DNA of 64,000 nt from Heptranchias perlo (GCF_035084215.1 NC_090356.1:24056001-24120000), one strand, 5' to 3'; shown: positions 35,571 to 48,447, counted from the stretch's first letter. Numbers and translations are program-made. Notes: generated by a model from the letters alone, not told the origin.

Positions 35571-36759
35571 ATACCAAGTCAAGATTAGGCTGAGCTGTCG
35601 TGTCCCCTCTACAGCCAAATAACCTGCCGACTCTCACTGTCTAGACTCACATATTAAGAATGGGCATTTGAGTGAGGAACCAGAAAACTGCTGGTACCTT
35701 GGAGGTGGCTCCTCAGCAAAAGGCTTCAGGAGAGGATGAGGGAAAATTAGAACAGAGAAAGTGTTTGCAAAATTCAATTACAAATCACATACCATAAACT
35801 TCATTATTTTGTCACTAGCAGGTGACAAAAAAAGAAATTTAAAAATGGTGGAGATTTTTTCATGAAGATGGTTCCCTTTTAAGATCCTTTGGTTTGCAAA
35901 CACAATGATAATGAGTTGAATTGAATATGTATTTTCTTCAAGCCGATCTATGTGGAGTTTTTAAGTACCACACTCTCATTAGGCATTCAAGCTGTATGAC
36001 AGGTTAGTGTAGAGTGAGTGAAGCAAATGTTCAGAGACTGAGGCCTAATAATAGACAGTGCACTGAGCTGAATAACGAACTTCCCATTGTATTTTGATAA
36101 GTCTGTTATTACTGCACAATTTGAGAAAACAAACAAATTCTGTTTCCATTTCGTTCGACTAAAACTTTTTTTTGCATTTCAATGTCAGAATTGTTTCCTC
36201 ATAGAAGATATCACAGTATAAAATCTGTGGCTTCCCAGATTAACTATCCATCTCGGAACAACTGGGGAATTTGTTTATCTCTCTCTTTCCTCCCCTCCCC
36301 TTCTTTCTCGGTGGCAATTATTTCTTGCCAAGGGGTACAATTCTAGGGGCTCCAGGGTATCACACCCAAGTGGCTAATATACATGCGTGAGCTTCAACAG
36401 AGATTTCCCAAGACTCGTTTCCTGTGAGCGCCACTTACGCTGAAGGCACCAGATTACAGAATCCACCTAGACACTCCAGTCAGAAGCCCACGTACAATCT
36501 ACTCCATCATATACTTCAACCCACCATACCTCCTGAGGGAAAGTTCTGCACAATTGTTCCCTAATCCGCTGAAGTAATCAAGCAAGCTCCAAATTATTCA
36601 CGTGTCTTTGCAACTTTGTTATTCAAACCTGGTCTTCTGGTCCCCAAAAGCACCATTTCCCCAAGCCCCACATCAACAGCAAGAAGAACATCATGGAGTA
36701 TTTGATCATCTCAGTCTATTCTTGTACTGTCTGATTCATCCTCCAATTCCTTAGAGACT

Positions 36760-37740
36760 CCCAGCACAGGAGGAGGCCATTCAGTCCATAGTGTCTGCCA
36801 GTTCTTTGCTAGAACAATCCAAAATTAACCCCAATGCCCATTGCCTTGTATCTTTGATTCAAATATTTATCCAATTTTCCCTTAAAAGAAGCAATGGTTT
36901 TGTGTCTCAACCACTCCTTGTACCAAATATTCCATGGTCTAACCCTCTCCTAGCCTCTCTCCCCACTCTCTTAGTGACAATTTTATGGTGATGAACCCTT
37001 ATTGCTGACTCCCTAACCAAGGGAAATAGTCTTTCCCTATTCACTCTCAAAAAAAATGCTTTTTAAACACTGTTAAATCTCCTCAGGTTACTCTGCTTCA
37101 GTAGAAATAATCTCAGTATCTCAAGTCTTTTCACATAATTATCTTGGCATCAGTCTTCTGAATCTATGCTGTACACTTTCTATGGATTTAATGCCCTTTT
37201 CTATGAAGGGTGCCCAAACTGCACAGAGTACTGTAACTGTAGCTTAACCAGTGCTTTGTATATTCATCATTACTACTTTACTCTTGTACTCTATACCCCA
37301 TTTATAAAACCAAAATTCTATTGTCCATTTTGTATGGCTTTATCTACCTGCACTCGCACTTTCAGGGAATTATGTATTTTGAACCCCTCAGTCCCTCTGT
37401 GTAGTCACACCATTCAGGGCCTTTCCATTAACAATATGTGCCAATCCCTTGTTTTTAACCTCACATATTACCTCCTACTTAGCCATATTATATTGTATCT
37501 GCCACCTGTCTGCCCATTCCGGTAACATGTCAGTGTCTTCCTGAAGTCTTTTACAGTCCTCCTCACTATTGGCCAAACCTCCTACTTTTGTGTCATCAGC
37601 AGATTTTAAGATTGAGTTCTCTACGCCCAAGTCCAAATCATCAATATACCGAGAACAAAAGTGGACCCAGCACTGGCCCCTGGGGTCCACCACTTCTGAC
37701 CTTTCTCTAGTCTAAGCAACGTATTAACCCTAATTCTTTA
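36760..37740 (-). mobile_element. CR1 LINE, old and 5'-truncated
   Basis: Minus-strand PRGQCW / YIDDLDLGVENSILKSADDTKVGG..LQEDTD..WADRWQIQYN, plus a CR1-type 3' end at about 36760-36800. Confidence 0.85.
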
Positions 37741-37859
37741 ACCCTGATTTTAACTCAGGGTGCGAAACGGGCCAGCGGGCGAGGTGAGCAACAAACCCAC
37801 CCTGATGTTGCAGACATGAGGCTCGGGCAATTTTAACTCCTGAACCTCATTTAACATAA

Positions 37860-38115
37860 GAACAAAAGGGCCAAAGGTGACATGAGGAAACTTTTTTATG
37901 CAGTGAGTTGTAATGATCTGGAATTCACTGCTTGAAAGGGTGGTCGAAGCAGATTCAATAGTAACTTTCAAAAGGGAATTAGATAAATACTTGAAGGGAA
38001 AAAATTTACAGGGCCTTGGGGAAAGAGCAGGGGAATGAGACTAATTGGATAGCTCTTTCAAAGTGCCGGCACAGGCACGATGGGCCGAATGGCCTCCTCC
38101 TGTGCTGTACCTACT
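37860..38115 (+). mobile_element. CR1 LINE 3' end
   Basis: GATCTGGAATTCACTGC..GCAGATTCAATAG..GATGGGCCGAATGGCCTCC..GTGCTGTA. Lies tail-to-tail with the next CR1. Confidence 0.85.
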
Positions 38116-38119
38116 GTGA

Positions 38120-41100
38120 AAAGAAATAGGAGCAGGAGTGGGCCATATGGCCCCTCGAGCCTGCTCCCCCATTCAATGAGATCATGGCTGATCTTCTGCC
38201 TCAACTCCACTTTCCCGCCCTATCCTCATATCACTTTTCCCTTGGTGCCATCGATCTCAGTCTTGAATACACTCAACGACTGAGCATCCACAGCCCTCCG
38301 GGGTAGAGGATTCCAAAGATTCACAACCCTCCGAGTGAAGAAATTTTTCCTCATCTCGGTCCTAAATGGCCGACCCCTTATCTTGAGACTATGAGCCCTA
38401 GTTCTAGACTCTCCATCCAGGGGAACCAGCTTCTCAGCATCTACCCTGTCAAGCCCTCTAAGAATTTTATACATTTCAATTAGATCACTTCTCATTCTTC
38501 TAAATTCCAGAAAATACAGGCATATTCTACTCAATCTCTTCTCATAGGACAACCCTCTCATCCCAGGAATCAATCTAGTGAACCTTCATTGCACCGCCTC
38601 TAAGGCAAGTATATCTTTCCTTAGGTAAGGAGATCAAAACTGTACACAGTACTCCAGCTGCAGCCTCACCAAAGCCCTATATAATTGCAGCAAGACTTCC
38701 TTATTCTTTTACTCCAATTCCCTTGCAATAAAGGCTAACATACCATTTGCCTTCCTAATTGCTTGCTATACCTGCACGTTAACTTTGAGTTTCTAGACAG
38801 GCTAGACAGACTGGATGCAGGAAGGATGTTTCCCCTGGCTGGGGGGTCCAGAACGAGGGGTCACAGTCTCAGGATATGGGGTAGGACACTTGGGACTGAG
38901 ATGAGGAGAAATTTCTTCACTCAGAGGGTGGTGAACCTGTGGAATTCTCTACCACAGAAGGCTGTGGAGGCCAAGTCACTGAATATATTTAAGAAGGCGA
39001 TAGATAGATTTCTGGACACAGAAGGCATCAAGGGGTCTGGGGAGAGAGCGGGAATATGGTATTGAGATAGAGGATCAGCCATGATCATATTGAATGGCGG
39101 AGTAAGCTCGAAGGGCTGAATGGCCTACTCCTGCTCCTATTTTCTATGCTTCTGTGTTTCTATGTACAAGGACACCCAAATCCCTCTGACTGTCAACATT
39201 TCTTAGTCTCTCACCTTCTTAAAAAAAATTCTGTTTTTCTATTCTTCCTACCAAAGTGGACAATTTCACATTTCTCCACATTATATTCCATCTGCCACCT
39301 TCTCGCCCACTCACTTAACCTGTCTTTATCCCATTGAAGTACCTTTACATCCTCCTCACAGCTTACTTTCCCACCTAGCTTTGTATCGTCAGCAAGCTTG
39401 GCTACTTTACACTCGGCCCTCTCATCTAAGTCATTGATATATATTGTAAACAGCTGAGGCCCAAGTACTGAAACTTGTGGCACCCCACTAGTTATAACAT
39501 GCCAACCCAAAAATGACCCGTTTATTCCTACTCTCTGTTTTCTGTCCATTAACCAATCCTCATTCCATGCTAATTACCCCCAACCTCATGAGCCCTAATC
39601 TTGTGTATCAACCTTTTGTGTGGCACCTTATCGAATGCCTTTTGAAAATCCAAATATACTACATCCACTGGTTTCCCCTTATCTACCCTGTTAGTTACAC
39701 CCTCAAAAAATTCTATTAGATTTATCAAACACGATTTCCCTTTCATAAAATCGTGTTGACTCTGCCTAATCATATTATGATTGTCTAAGTGCCCTGTTAC
39801 TACGTCCTTAATAATAGATTCTAGAATTTCCCCACTGCTAATGTCAGGCTAACTGGCCTAGAGTTCCTTGTTTTCTCTCACCCTCCTTTCTTGACTAGCA
39901 GGGTTACATTTGCTACCTTCCAATCCACGGAGACCGTTCTTGAATCTAGGGAATTCTGAAAGATCAAAACCAATGCATCCACTATCTCTGCAGCCACCTC
40001 TTTTAAAACCCTAGGATGTAGGCCATCAGGTCCAGGGGATGTCAGATTTTAGTCCCATTAATTTCTCCAGTACTTTTTCTTTACTAATCTTAATTACTTT
40101 AAGTTCCTTACTCTCATTAGACCCTTAGTTCCCCATTATTTCCGGTATGGTTTTTGTGTCTTCTACTGTGAAGACAGATACAAAATATTTGTTTAATGTT
40201 TCTGCCATCTCCTGACTCTGCCTCTAGGGGATCCACGTTTACTTTTGTTAATCTCTTCCTTTTTACATACTTGTAGAACATCTTACAATCTGTTTTTATA
40301 TTTCTTGCTAGTTTACTTTCATATTCAATTTTCTCCCTGTTTATTAATTTCTTGGTCATCCTTTGCTGATGTCTAAAACCCTCTCAATCCTCAGGTTTAC
40401 TATTCTTTCTAACAACACTGAAAGCCTCTTTTTTTAATCTAATACTATCTTTAACTTCTCTAGATAGCCACGGTCGGATCATTTTTCCTGTGGAGCTTTT
40501 ATTCCTCAAGGGAATGTATATTCATTAAGAATTATGAATTATTTCTTTAAATGTTTGCCATTGCTTATCTACCATCATATCTTTTAATCTAATTTCCCAA
40601 TCTACCTTAGCCAACTCATCCCTCATACCTATGTAATTGGCTTTGTTTAAATTTAAGACCCTAGTTTCGGACTTAACTACATCACTCTCAAACTCAATAT
40701 GAAATTCTATCATGTTATGATCACTCTGCCCCAGAGGATCCTTAACTATAAGTTTACTAATTAAGTCTGTCTCATTATACAATACTAGATCTAAAATAGC
40801 CTGTTCCCTATTTGGTTCCTTGACATATTGTTCTAGAACTTGTCCTCCAAATTACTTTTGCCAATTTGGTTTGCCCAGTCTATATGAAGATTAAAGTCCC
40901 CCATGATTATTGCATTATCCTTGTTACAAGCTCCTCTAATTTCCTGATTTATACTCTGTCCAGCACTATAACTACTGTTAGGGGACCAAAAAACTACACC
41001 CACCGGTGTTTTCTGCCCCTTGTTATTTCTTAGCTCCACCCATACTGATTCTACATCCTGATTCTCTGAGCCATGATCCTTTCTCACTACTGTCCTTTTC

Positions 41101-41250
41101 TCATCCTTTATTATCAGAACTACCCCCACTCCTTTACCATTTTGCTTATCTTCACTAAAAGTCAAGTACCCTGGAATATTTAGTTCCCAACCTGCAATCA
41201 CGTCTCAGTAATGGCTACTAGATCAAACGCATTTATCTCTATTTGTGCCA
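38120..41250 (-). mobile_element. CR1 LINE with a nearly complete but disrupted ORF2 (APE endonuclease and RT)
   Basis: WELNIPGY..ESVWVEL..IIMGDFN (APE); PLGQSDHNMIEF; QHDFMKGKSCLINLIEFFE..YLDFQKAFDKVPH; GVPQVSVLGPQLFTIYINDLD..LADDTK; VNLWNPLP. Multiple stops and frameshifts. Confidence 0.95.
38796..39162 (+). mobile_element. CR1 3' fragment nested in opposite orientation inside the long CR1
   Basis: LDRLDAGRMFPLAGGSRTRGHSL..FTQRVVNLWNSLP with tail TTTCTATGCTTCTGTGTTTCTA. Flanked by TGAGTTTCTA (38786-38795) and TGTGTTTCTA (39153-39162). Confidence 0.9.
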
Positions 41251-41460
41251 TGATTTGATTATGTGCCTCTATTTGATTATGATTGATGAGTTGCCCTCCT
41301 GATTATGTTGGGAAACTGGCAGCCCACCCATTTTCTCTGCGCAATTTCTGGCGGGCCGCCTGAGGCCCATTTAAAGTGGGAATGCACCTCCTAAAGCAAG
41401 GGTGCATTCCCTGCTTTCACATTTCGTGGCAACGCTGTAGAGGCAATTCTGTGGGCAGTA

Positions 41461-41665
41461 ATGAGTCGGAGGGCTGCCCCTAAGCTTTCTGATGTCTCCC
41501 TGGAGGTCCTGTTGGAGGAGATTAGGTCATGGATGGAGGTACTGTTTCCCAGCATCCGCAGAAGCAATACACAGGGTGAATATCCAGCAGGCCAGGACAA
41601 AGGTGCCACCAGCATCACCCTGAGGACCTGGCTTCAATGTAAAAAGCCTTTCAAGAGCAGCAACG
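41461..41665 (+). pseudogene. Harbinger-type Myb/SANT-like exon remnant (divergent family)
   Basis: RRAAPKLSDVSLEVLLEEIR..EVLFP..RTWLQCKK(P)F parallels KAAPRFSDASLQMLLDGVR..RTWIQCRKRF of copy 2. Ends at donor G|gtgagt, followed by a C/A-rich intron-like tract as in copies 1 and 2. Confidence 0.7.
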
Positions 41666-44509
41666 GTGAGTACAGCTCTTCATTGCTCTCAACAGCACCT
41701 GCCAACACTCCTTTCACCCCCTTCCCCCATCACTCTCAACAAATTCCAAACGCACTCACCTCCTCCATTGCAGTCTTCACACCGAACACTAACAGCATTC
41801 TCTTCTCTCATCCTAGCACTTACAGACCCAGCAACTCCTCCCAGGATTCCTTCCTCACTTCACATTCCACACAGCTGACTTTAATGCGGAAGGGTTTTGT
41901 GCAACTTTTCAGGGGAATGAGCAGGTCATCAGAGAAGTCCATTCCATTTGTTGATCACTCTTTGAAATCAGTCCCTGAAGATTGCCATTCAGCCAGTTTA
42001 GTTACATGAGCATCATTGAACATAACCAGGAACACCTGATAAATGTACAAATATGCTGCCATTGATTACCATACAAACTATATAAAATATTAACACAGAT
42101 TTCTAAACTGACATTATTTCATGTTCATTTTATTTTTTTTTCCAATTTCATCTCAACCTCTTCCAAACTTTAGCTCCATGGGCACCAGCAACCCTGTGGC
42201 ACCTCACATAGTGGGCACTCTTCATGTGTGTGCCAGAACATCGGGTGCTGTGGTGATGTTCAACCCTGGCGGCAGACACAGTACACCCTGCCCTCGTTCA
42301 AAATTCAAATACGTGCACTTTCCAGTGGGGGGGGGTCACTGGGAAGCAGTAACGACTATTGACACTGGCCAAATTGCATAAATTGTGGACAGGTTAGTGA
42401 TTAAACTAGCCGTCACCATCCCATTGGGCAATTCAGGAAATGTTTTGAGAAAAAGCTGAATCCGCTCGACAAGCTTGGGATAAGCAGTGCATCAAAGTGT
42501 ATTGTAAGCAGCAGCTTTGGAATCAATTATGGAAACTTCTAGAAGTTCTGAGTGAGTGGTTAAAGAGAGCAGGAACACACATCAATGCAAATGACTTGGC
42601 AGGGACACTGCCTGAATCACCAACTAATTTCCAAGGCATTTAAAACATCACTGATAAGTTCCCCGATAAATGGAGGATTTAATTTCCACCTAGTTTAATC
42701 ACAACAACTGCCTCAGTGATTCTTAATTCAAAACATTCTGAGAGCTGAAGCTCTCTTAAGTAAAACGTAGAACACACGAAAATCACAATTGCATTTTTTG
42801 ATTGTAACTTCACAGTTAAATAAATACCTCAAGTAGCTGTTAACAATAAACCCAACATGCAGGGATAGTACGACATGTATTAGCTGTGTGTGCAGAGAGT
42901 GTGGAAAATATATTACACTGCCAAATGGGAATAAAAGAAACGAGGGAAGCAGCCCATTAATCTCCAATCACCCTGCAGACACTGCTGCTCTGTTCTTACT
43001 TTGCAAATGATTCCAAGATCATCTATTAAGTCAGGTGATTTAGTAGAATCATTGTGTGTATTGAAAGAAATGAGGAATTGAAGTCACAACCATCATTCCT
43101 ATTCAAAAATCCATTCTTGAGTGTCCAGTGGGACTGCAGGCTCTTAACCATTTACATTTTACCGTATGCTTAAGCCACGTTTAAACAGGCTAACCCTAAC
43201 CTGCTGCTTGGGGTTGTAAATAAGCCAACAGGTCTTATAATCTGTCTTGGCCCATACATAAAATTATTTGAATGTTCACTGCAGCGATCATTCCTCTTTA
43301 ACTGAGAAACCTGGATGAAGAAACCAGCCCCATAATGAAGGAACCACCAAGGATGAAAAGAATAGGGCGAAAAATTAGATACATCTGGCAGTAGTGGTTG
43401 GTGACACCAAGCTTGAGTTTTAAAGGCCTGTCTATTGTAGATGGAACCACTGAGGAAGGTGGGAGTTCTACAGTTTCGAGATCCAGGGAAAGAATGAGTT
43501 AAAGTAGGAAATAGTGCAGAGTCTTGATTTTACAGTGACGTAGGGAGGAGGAAGGCTGGTGTATTTGGAGCTTGAAAGGAACAAGAGAGGAAAAGTTGAG
43601 AGGAGCATTAACCATAGTATTAATAAAACAGAGAAAAACAAGAACGCTTGGGATGGGGAATGGTTAGAGGTGGAGATGAGAGAAAAGTCATCTATCAGAT
43701 GGCAAGCCAAACCAAATTAGGAAACTCTGTCTTTGAAAGTTGGGTGTCCTTTTTTAGGAACAAAGGAACAAGCCTGTACCACCATTCAATTAAATCATGG
43801 CTGAAATGCACCATTTACCCACTTTGGTTCCATGTCCCTTAATACATTTACCCAACAAAAATCTATCAATCTCAACACACTGAAGTCACTACTGCAAGGA
43901 GCTCTTCTGTGAAGTTATCACATGCCCCTGATTTTGCATCCATTAGAACTTTAGCTAGTGAGGTGACACGCCTCATGATAGTCACACATAAGTCCTAATA
44001 CATCAACATACCTTGTCATCGGGACTTCTCCTGCTCCGCCACTGTCACTTTGGCGGAAACACCACTTACACACGCAAACCGGTTTCTGTTGAACTTCTGC
44101 TGAAGTTACGGTGGCGAAGCAGGAAGATCCCTGAGGAATTTCACCCCCCTGGTTAATCGCAGCACAGTCACTGCGCTCGAGAATGTATTTGCTGGTGTCT
44201 GGCACTAATTGAGGACCAATGTACTTAAGTCAGTCCTGATTGGTTTTGCTTAATAGCAATGATTTCATCATTGAAATGTAATTTCTAGCAGAGCACCTCA
44301 ATTATCAGCATCGACTTATATAAATTGTTTTTTTGAAGGGCATTGATGTGCTAATGTTCAAAGATGAGACACCTTGAGCTGTTGTGACACAGCAAATATA
44401 CACGTTCATTAACACAATAATAGTATTAATTAGAATTCTAATATAATTGCTGTTGCTGTTTCTTTTCTAATTTGTAATATAGCAAATTGGCAGAACGATA
44501 TGCAGCATA

Positions 44510-44650
44510 GAGAGGAGTGGATGGTGCGATGGGTTAGATACTGGCCTTTCATCTCTAATCTCGCTCAGACTGATGAGAAGAAACTTTGTAGTCTGTTGGC
44601 TGTGACGGTTCTATGTAAAATATGGGGTCTCACAATCTATTTACAGCGTC
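44510..44650 (+). mobile_element. LF-SINE-like fragment
   Basis: TGGCCTTTCATCTCTA..CTGTTGGCTGT..CTATGTAAAAT..GGTCTCA resembles the LF-SINE consensus as I recall it (GCCTTTCACCTCTAG..CTGATGGCTGT..CTATGTGAAATGAG). Confidence 0.4.
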
Positions 44651-46399
44651 TGGAATGATTCAAAATTGTCTGTGTGTTACTGTCTGGTGTTGTCAGTCCG
44701 TGACCATGATGAAGGCAAACAGCCATCAAAAAAAGTATCTTCCAATACTGCAAGCCATAACCACCAGCTTAAACATCCACTCCCTCCACTGTGGCTGTAG
44801 TGTGTATCATCTACAGGATGCACTGCAGCAAGTCGCCAAGGCTTCTTCGACAGCATCCCCCAAATCAGTGAACTCCACCACCTAGAAGGACAAGGGCAGC
44901 AGGTGCATGGGAACAACATCACCTCCAAGTTCTTCTCCAAGTCACACACCATCCTGACTTGGACATATATCAGCCGATCCTTCGTCGTCACTGGGCCAGT
45001 ATCCTGGAACTACCTACCTAATGGCACACAGGAGTACCTTCATCATGTGGACTGCAGTGGTTCAAGAAGGCGGCTCACCACCACCTTCTCAAGGGCAATT
45101 AGGGATGGACAATAAATGCTGGCTTTGCCAGCAATGCCCACATCTTGAAAATTAATTTTTTTAAAAGGCCATAACTTTGCTACTGCACCTGGGTGCCGCA
45201 TGTGATCATTCCACATGCATGAACTTTCCAATAGAGATCCCTGAACAGTGTTTGGTTTCAGCCGTTTATGGAGCAGCCTCCAGCAGTCCCTTTACAAACC
45301 ACTGGTTATACTGATCACTGCCTGGTACAAATGGGCAGAGTGAGCACCGCGCATGCTCCTCCCATTTGTACCTGAAAATTTCAAACCGGGTCCTACAACT
45401 GGCGTAGGACCCCGATTCACATCTGTAAACAGCTTCCCACCTGTTGCGGGCAGAAGTGCTGCACACCCATTTACAGGCCCGCCTGAAAATTGCAACAGGC
45501 AAGTCTTGGGCAGCTAAGGAACGACCAAGGTGCAGCTCCAATTTTCCACTGACGGCCACCTGTTTTTCAGGTGAGAAACAGGCGGCAGTTGAAGATTTCC
45601 CCCCATCATAAATGCTACAAGTGGCCCATCAATTCCACAAAACCATTCACACCAGTGATGTGCCCCTGAGCAGGGACCTCCATCCACCAATGCTGTCCAG
45701 CACTGACTCCATCATCAATGTCTGATATCCATTGGAAGATCAATAGTGCAACTCCTGCGTGACACATGATTAGTGTACGGGGCGTAGTGTATGGGGAATG
45801 GCTGAAGGTTGTAGCAGAATGCTGGGGGAGTGGTGGGTACGTAGGAGAGTGTTTGGTGCATTGACTGCCAGGTTCCTGTAGTGGATGGCTCATTTGCAAT
45901 ATTGTGCCACTTTTGAAGCATGTCTTCAAGTGGAAGACCTGGTAGAGGCACTCGAAGAAGGGAGCAAGGTATTGCAGAGAGGCAGAAAAGAAGAGTACAC
46001 AATTAGAATGAAGCTGACCTGGTCATTTATTTCATTGCTGTTTGTGGGACCTTGCTGAGCACAAATTGGGTCCTGCTTACCTACATTACAACAGTGACTA
46101 CACATCAAAAATACTTCATTGGCTGTAAAGCGCTTTGCGACATCCAGAGGTGCTGTAACAATTCAAGTTTTTGTTTTTCTTAAGTTGTGCTCGGTTATAG
46201 TCGTACAGCAAAGGGTGCACATATTTTGTAGTTAAGACTTGCAAGGTCAAGTAAGGCCAAAGAAACCCAATGCTATGCGTTCTAGGATGGGTACTGCATT
46301 GAAGGATTTATTTGGAGGTGGGGGAGAAGGAGTACTGGCAGTGGTGACAATGGTAGACAGATGAGAACGCTTCATTAATAAGTGGAATTCTGATGTCCC

Positions 46400-48447
46400 T
46401 TGCAGCTGTCACTGAGGAGTCCTCTGAGTGACGGTCCTCCTGATGATCTACTTCATTCTGCTTTGCCTCCAATGCAGCTAGAACCATCTCCTCAGGAATC
46501 TCCATGTCCAGGCCTTTTTGGATGGCAATATTGTGCAGGGCACAGCAGGCTACAACTATGTGGGGTACGCAATATACAGCATTTTGCAAAGCCCCTCCTA
46601 ATCAGAGAATGGTTACAGCAGGGAAGGAGACTATTCAGCCCATCAAGCCCGTGCCAGCTCTTTGTAAGAGCAATCCAGTTAGTCCCATTCCCCCGCTCTT
46701 TTCCCGTGGCCCCTGCAAATTTTTTTCCATCAAGTATTTATCCAATTCCATTTTGAAAGCCACGATTGAATCTGCTTCCACCACCCTTTCTGGCAGCTCA
46801 TTTCAGATCATAACCACTCGCTGCCTAAAAAAGTTTTTCCTCCTGTCGCCGTTGGTTCTTTTGCCAATCACCATAAATCTGTATTCTCTGGTTTTCGACC
46901 CCACCACCAATGGGAACAGTTTCTCTTCATTTATTTTACCTAAACCCTTCATGATTTTGAACACTTCTATCAAATCTCCTCTTAACCTTCTCTGCTCTAA
47001 GGAGAACAACCCCAGCTTCTCCTGTCTATCCATGTGACTGAAGTCCCTCATCCCTGGAACCATTCTAGTTAATCGTTAAAGTGACTATTAATTTTATCCC
47101 AGATCATCGTTTCACAACCTTCCTAAAGTGGAGTGCCCAGAATTGGACGCAATACTCCAGTTGTGGCCGAACCAGTGTTTTATAAAGGTTCAACATAACT
47201 TCCTTGGTTTTGTACTCTATGCCTCTATTTATAAAGCCCAAGATCCCGTATGCTTTTTTAACTGCTTTCTCAACCTGTCCTGCCACCTTCAAAGATTTGT
47301 GCACATATACCCCCAGCTCTCTCTGTTCCTGAACCCCTTTAGAATTATACCATTTAGTTTATATTGCCTCCCCTCATTCTTCCTGCCAAAATGTATCACT
47401 TTGCACTTCTCTGTGTTAAATTTCATCTGTCATTTGTCCGCCCATTCCACCAGCCTGTCTACGTCCTCTTGAAGTCTATCACTATCCTCCTCACTGTTTA
47501 CTACACTTCCAAGTTTTGTCATCTGCACATTTTGAAATTGTGCCCTGTACACCCAAGTCCATGTCATTAATATATAATTTTAAAAAAGCAGTGGTCCTAG
47601 TACCGACCCCTGGGGAACACCACTGTATACCTTCCACCAGTCCGAAAAACAACCGATCACACTACTCTCTGTTTCCTGTCACTTAGCCAATTTCGTGTCC
47701 AGGCTGCCACTGCCCCTTTTATTCCACGGGCTTCAACTTTGATGACAAGCCTGTTATGTGGCACTTTATCAAATGCCTTTTGAAAGTCCATACACACAAC
47801 ATCAACCACATTGCCCTCATCAGCCCTTTCTGGTACCTCATCAAAAAACTCAATCAAGTTAGTTAAACATGATTTGCCTTTAACAAATCCATGCTGGCTT
47901 TCCTTTATTAACCCACACTTGTCCAAGTGACTATTAATTTTATCCCAGATCATCGTTTCAAAAAGTTTCCCCACCACCGAGGTTAAACTGACTGGCCTGT
48001 AGTTACTGGGTTTATCCTTACGCCTTTTTTTGAACAAGGGTGTAACACTTGCAATTCTCCAGTCCTCTGGCACCACCCCTGTATCTAAGGAGGATTGGAA
48101 GATTATGGCCAGATAATCTATCAAGGTAGCTTTTAAGACCCCGATGATGCTCCTCACTCTGATAGAGGCATGTACTTAGTCAACATGCTCCTCGGCTGCT
48201 GTTCTTGCAATTCTTCAAAGGGGCATTATCCATGGCAGCAAGGAAAACACCTTGTCACCCAGAAGCCATCTGTTCACTTGACTATCTTCCTTGAAGGCCT
48301 CAGAGAGGGCAAATTTGTTGAGGATGAATGCATCATGGCAACGTCCAGAACATCTAGCCTTCACATGAAGGTATTCTTAGCACCTGGTCACACACTATCT
48401 GGACACTCAATGAGTGGTACCCCTTTCTATTAAGAAAGTTGCTAGGG
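46400..48447 (-). pseudogene. Third Harbinger transposase remnant (48447-48114 and 46603-46400), split by a CR1
   Basis: My translation of the minus strand gives FLNRKGYHSLSVQIVCD..HVKARCSGRCHDAFIL..WLLGDKVF..IIGVLK, then LDRLGGALQNA..IVVACCALHNIA once the CR1 is removed. Confidence 0.85.
46604..48113 (-). mobile_element. CR1 LINE, 5'-truncated, with a 5-bp TSD
   Basis: VPEDWRIASVTPLFKK..NYRPVSLTSVVGK..QHGFVKGKSCLTNLIEFF..DFQKAFDKVPH..LYKTLVRPQLEYCVQFW. TAATC flanks both sides (46599-46603 and 48114-48118). Confidence 0.95.
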
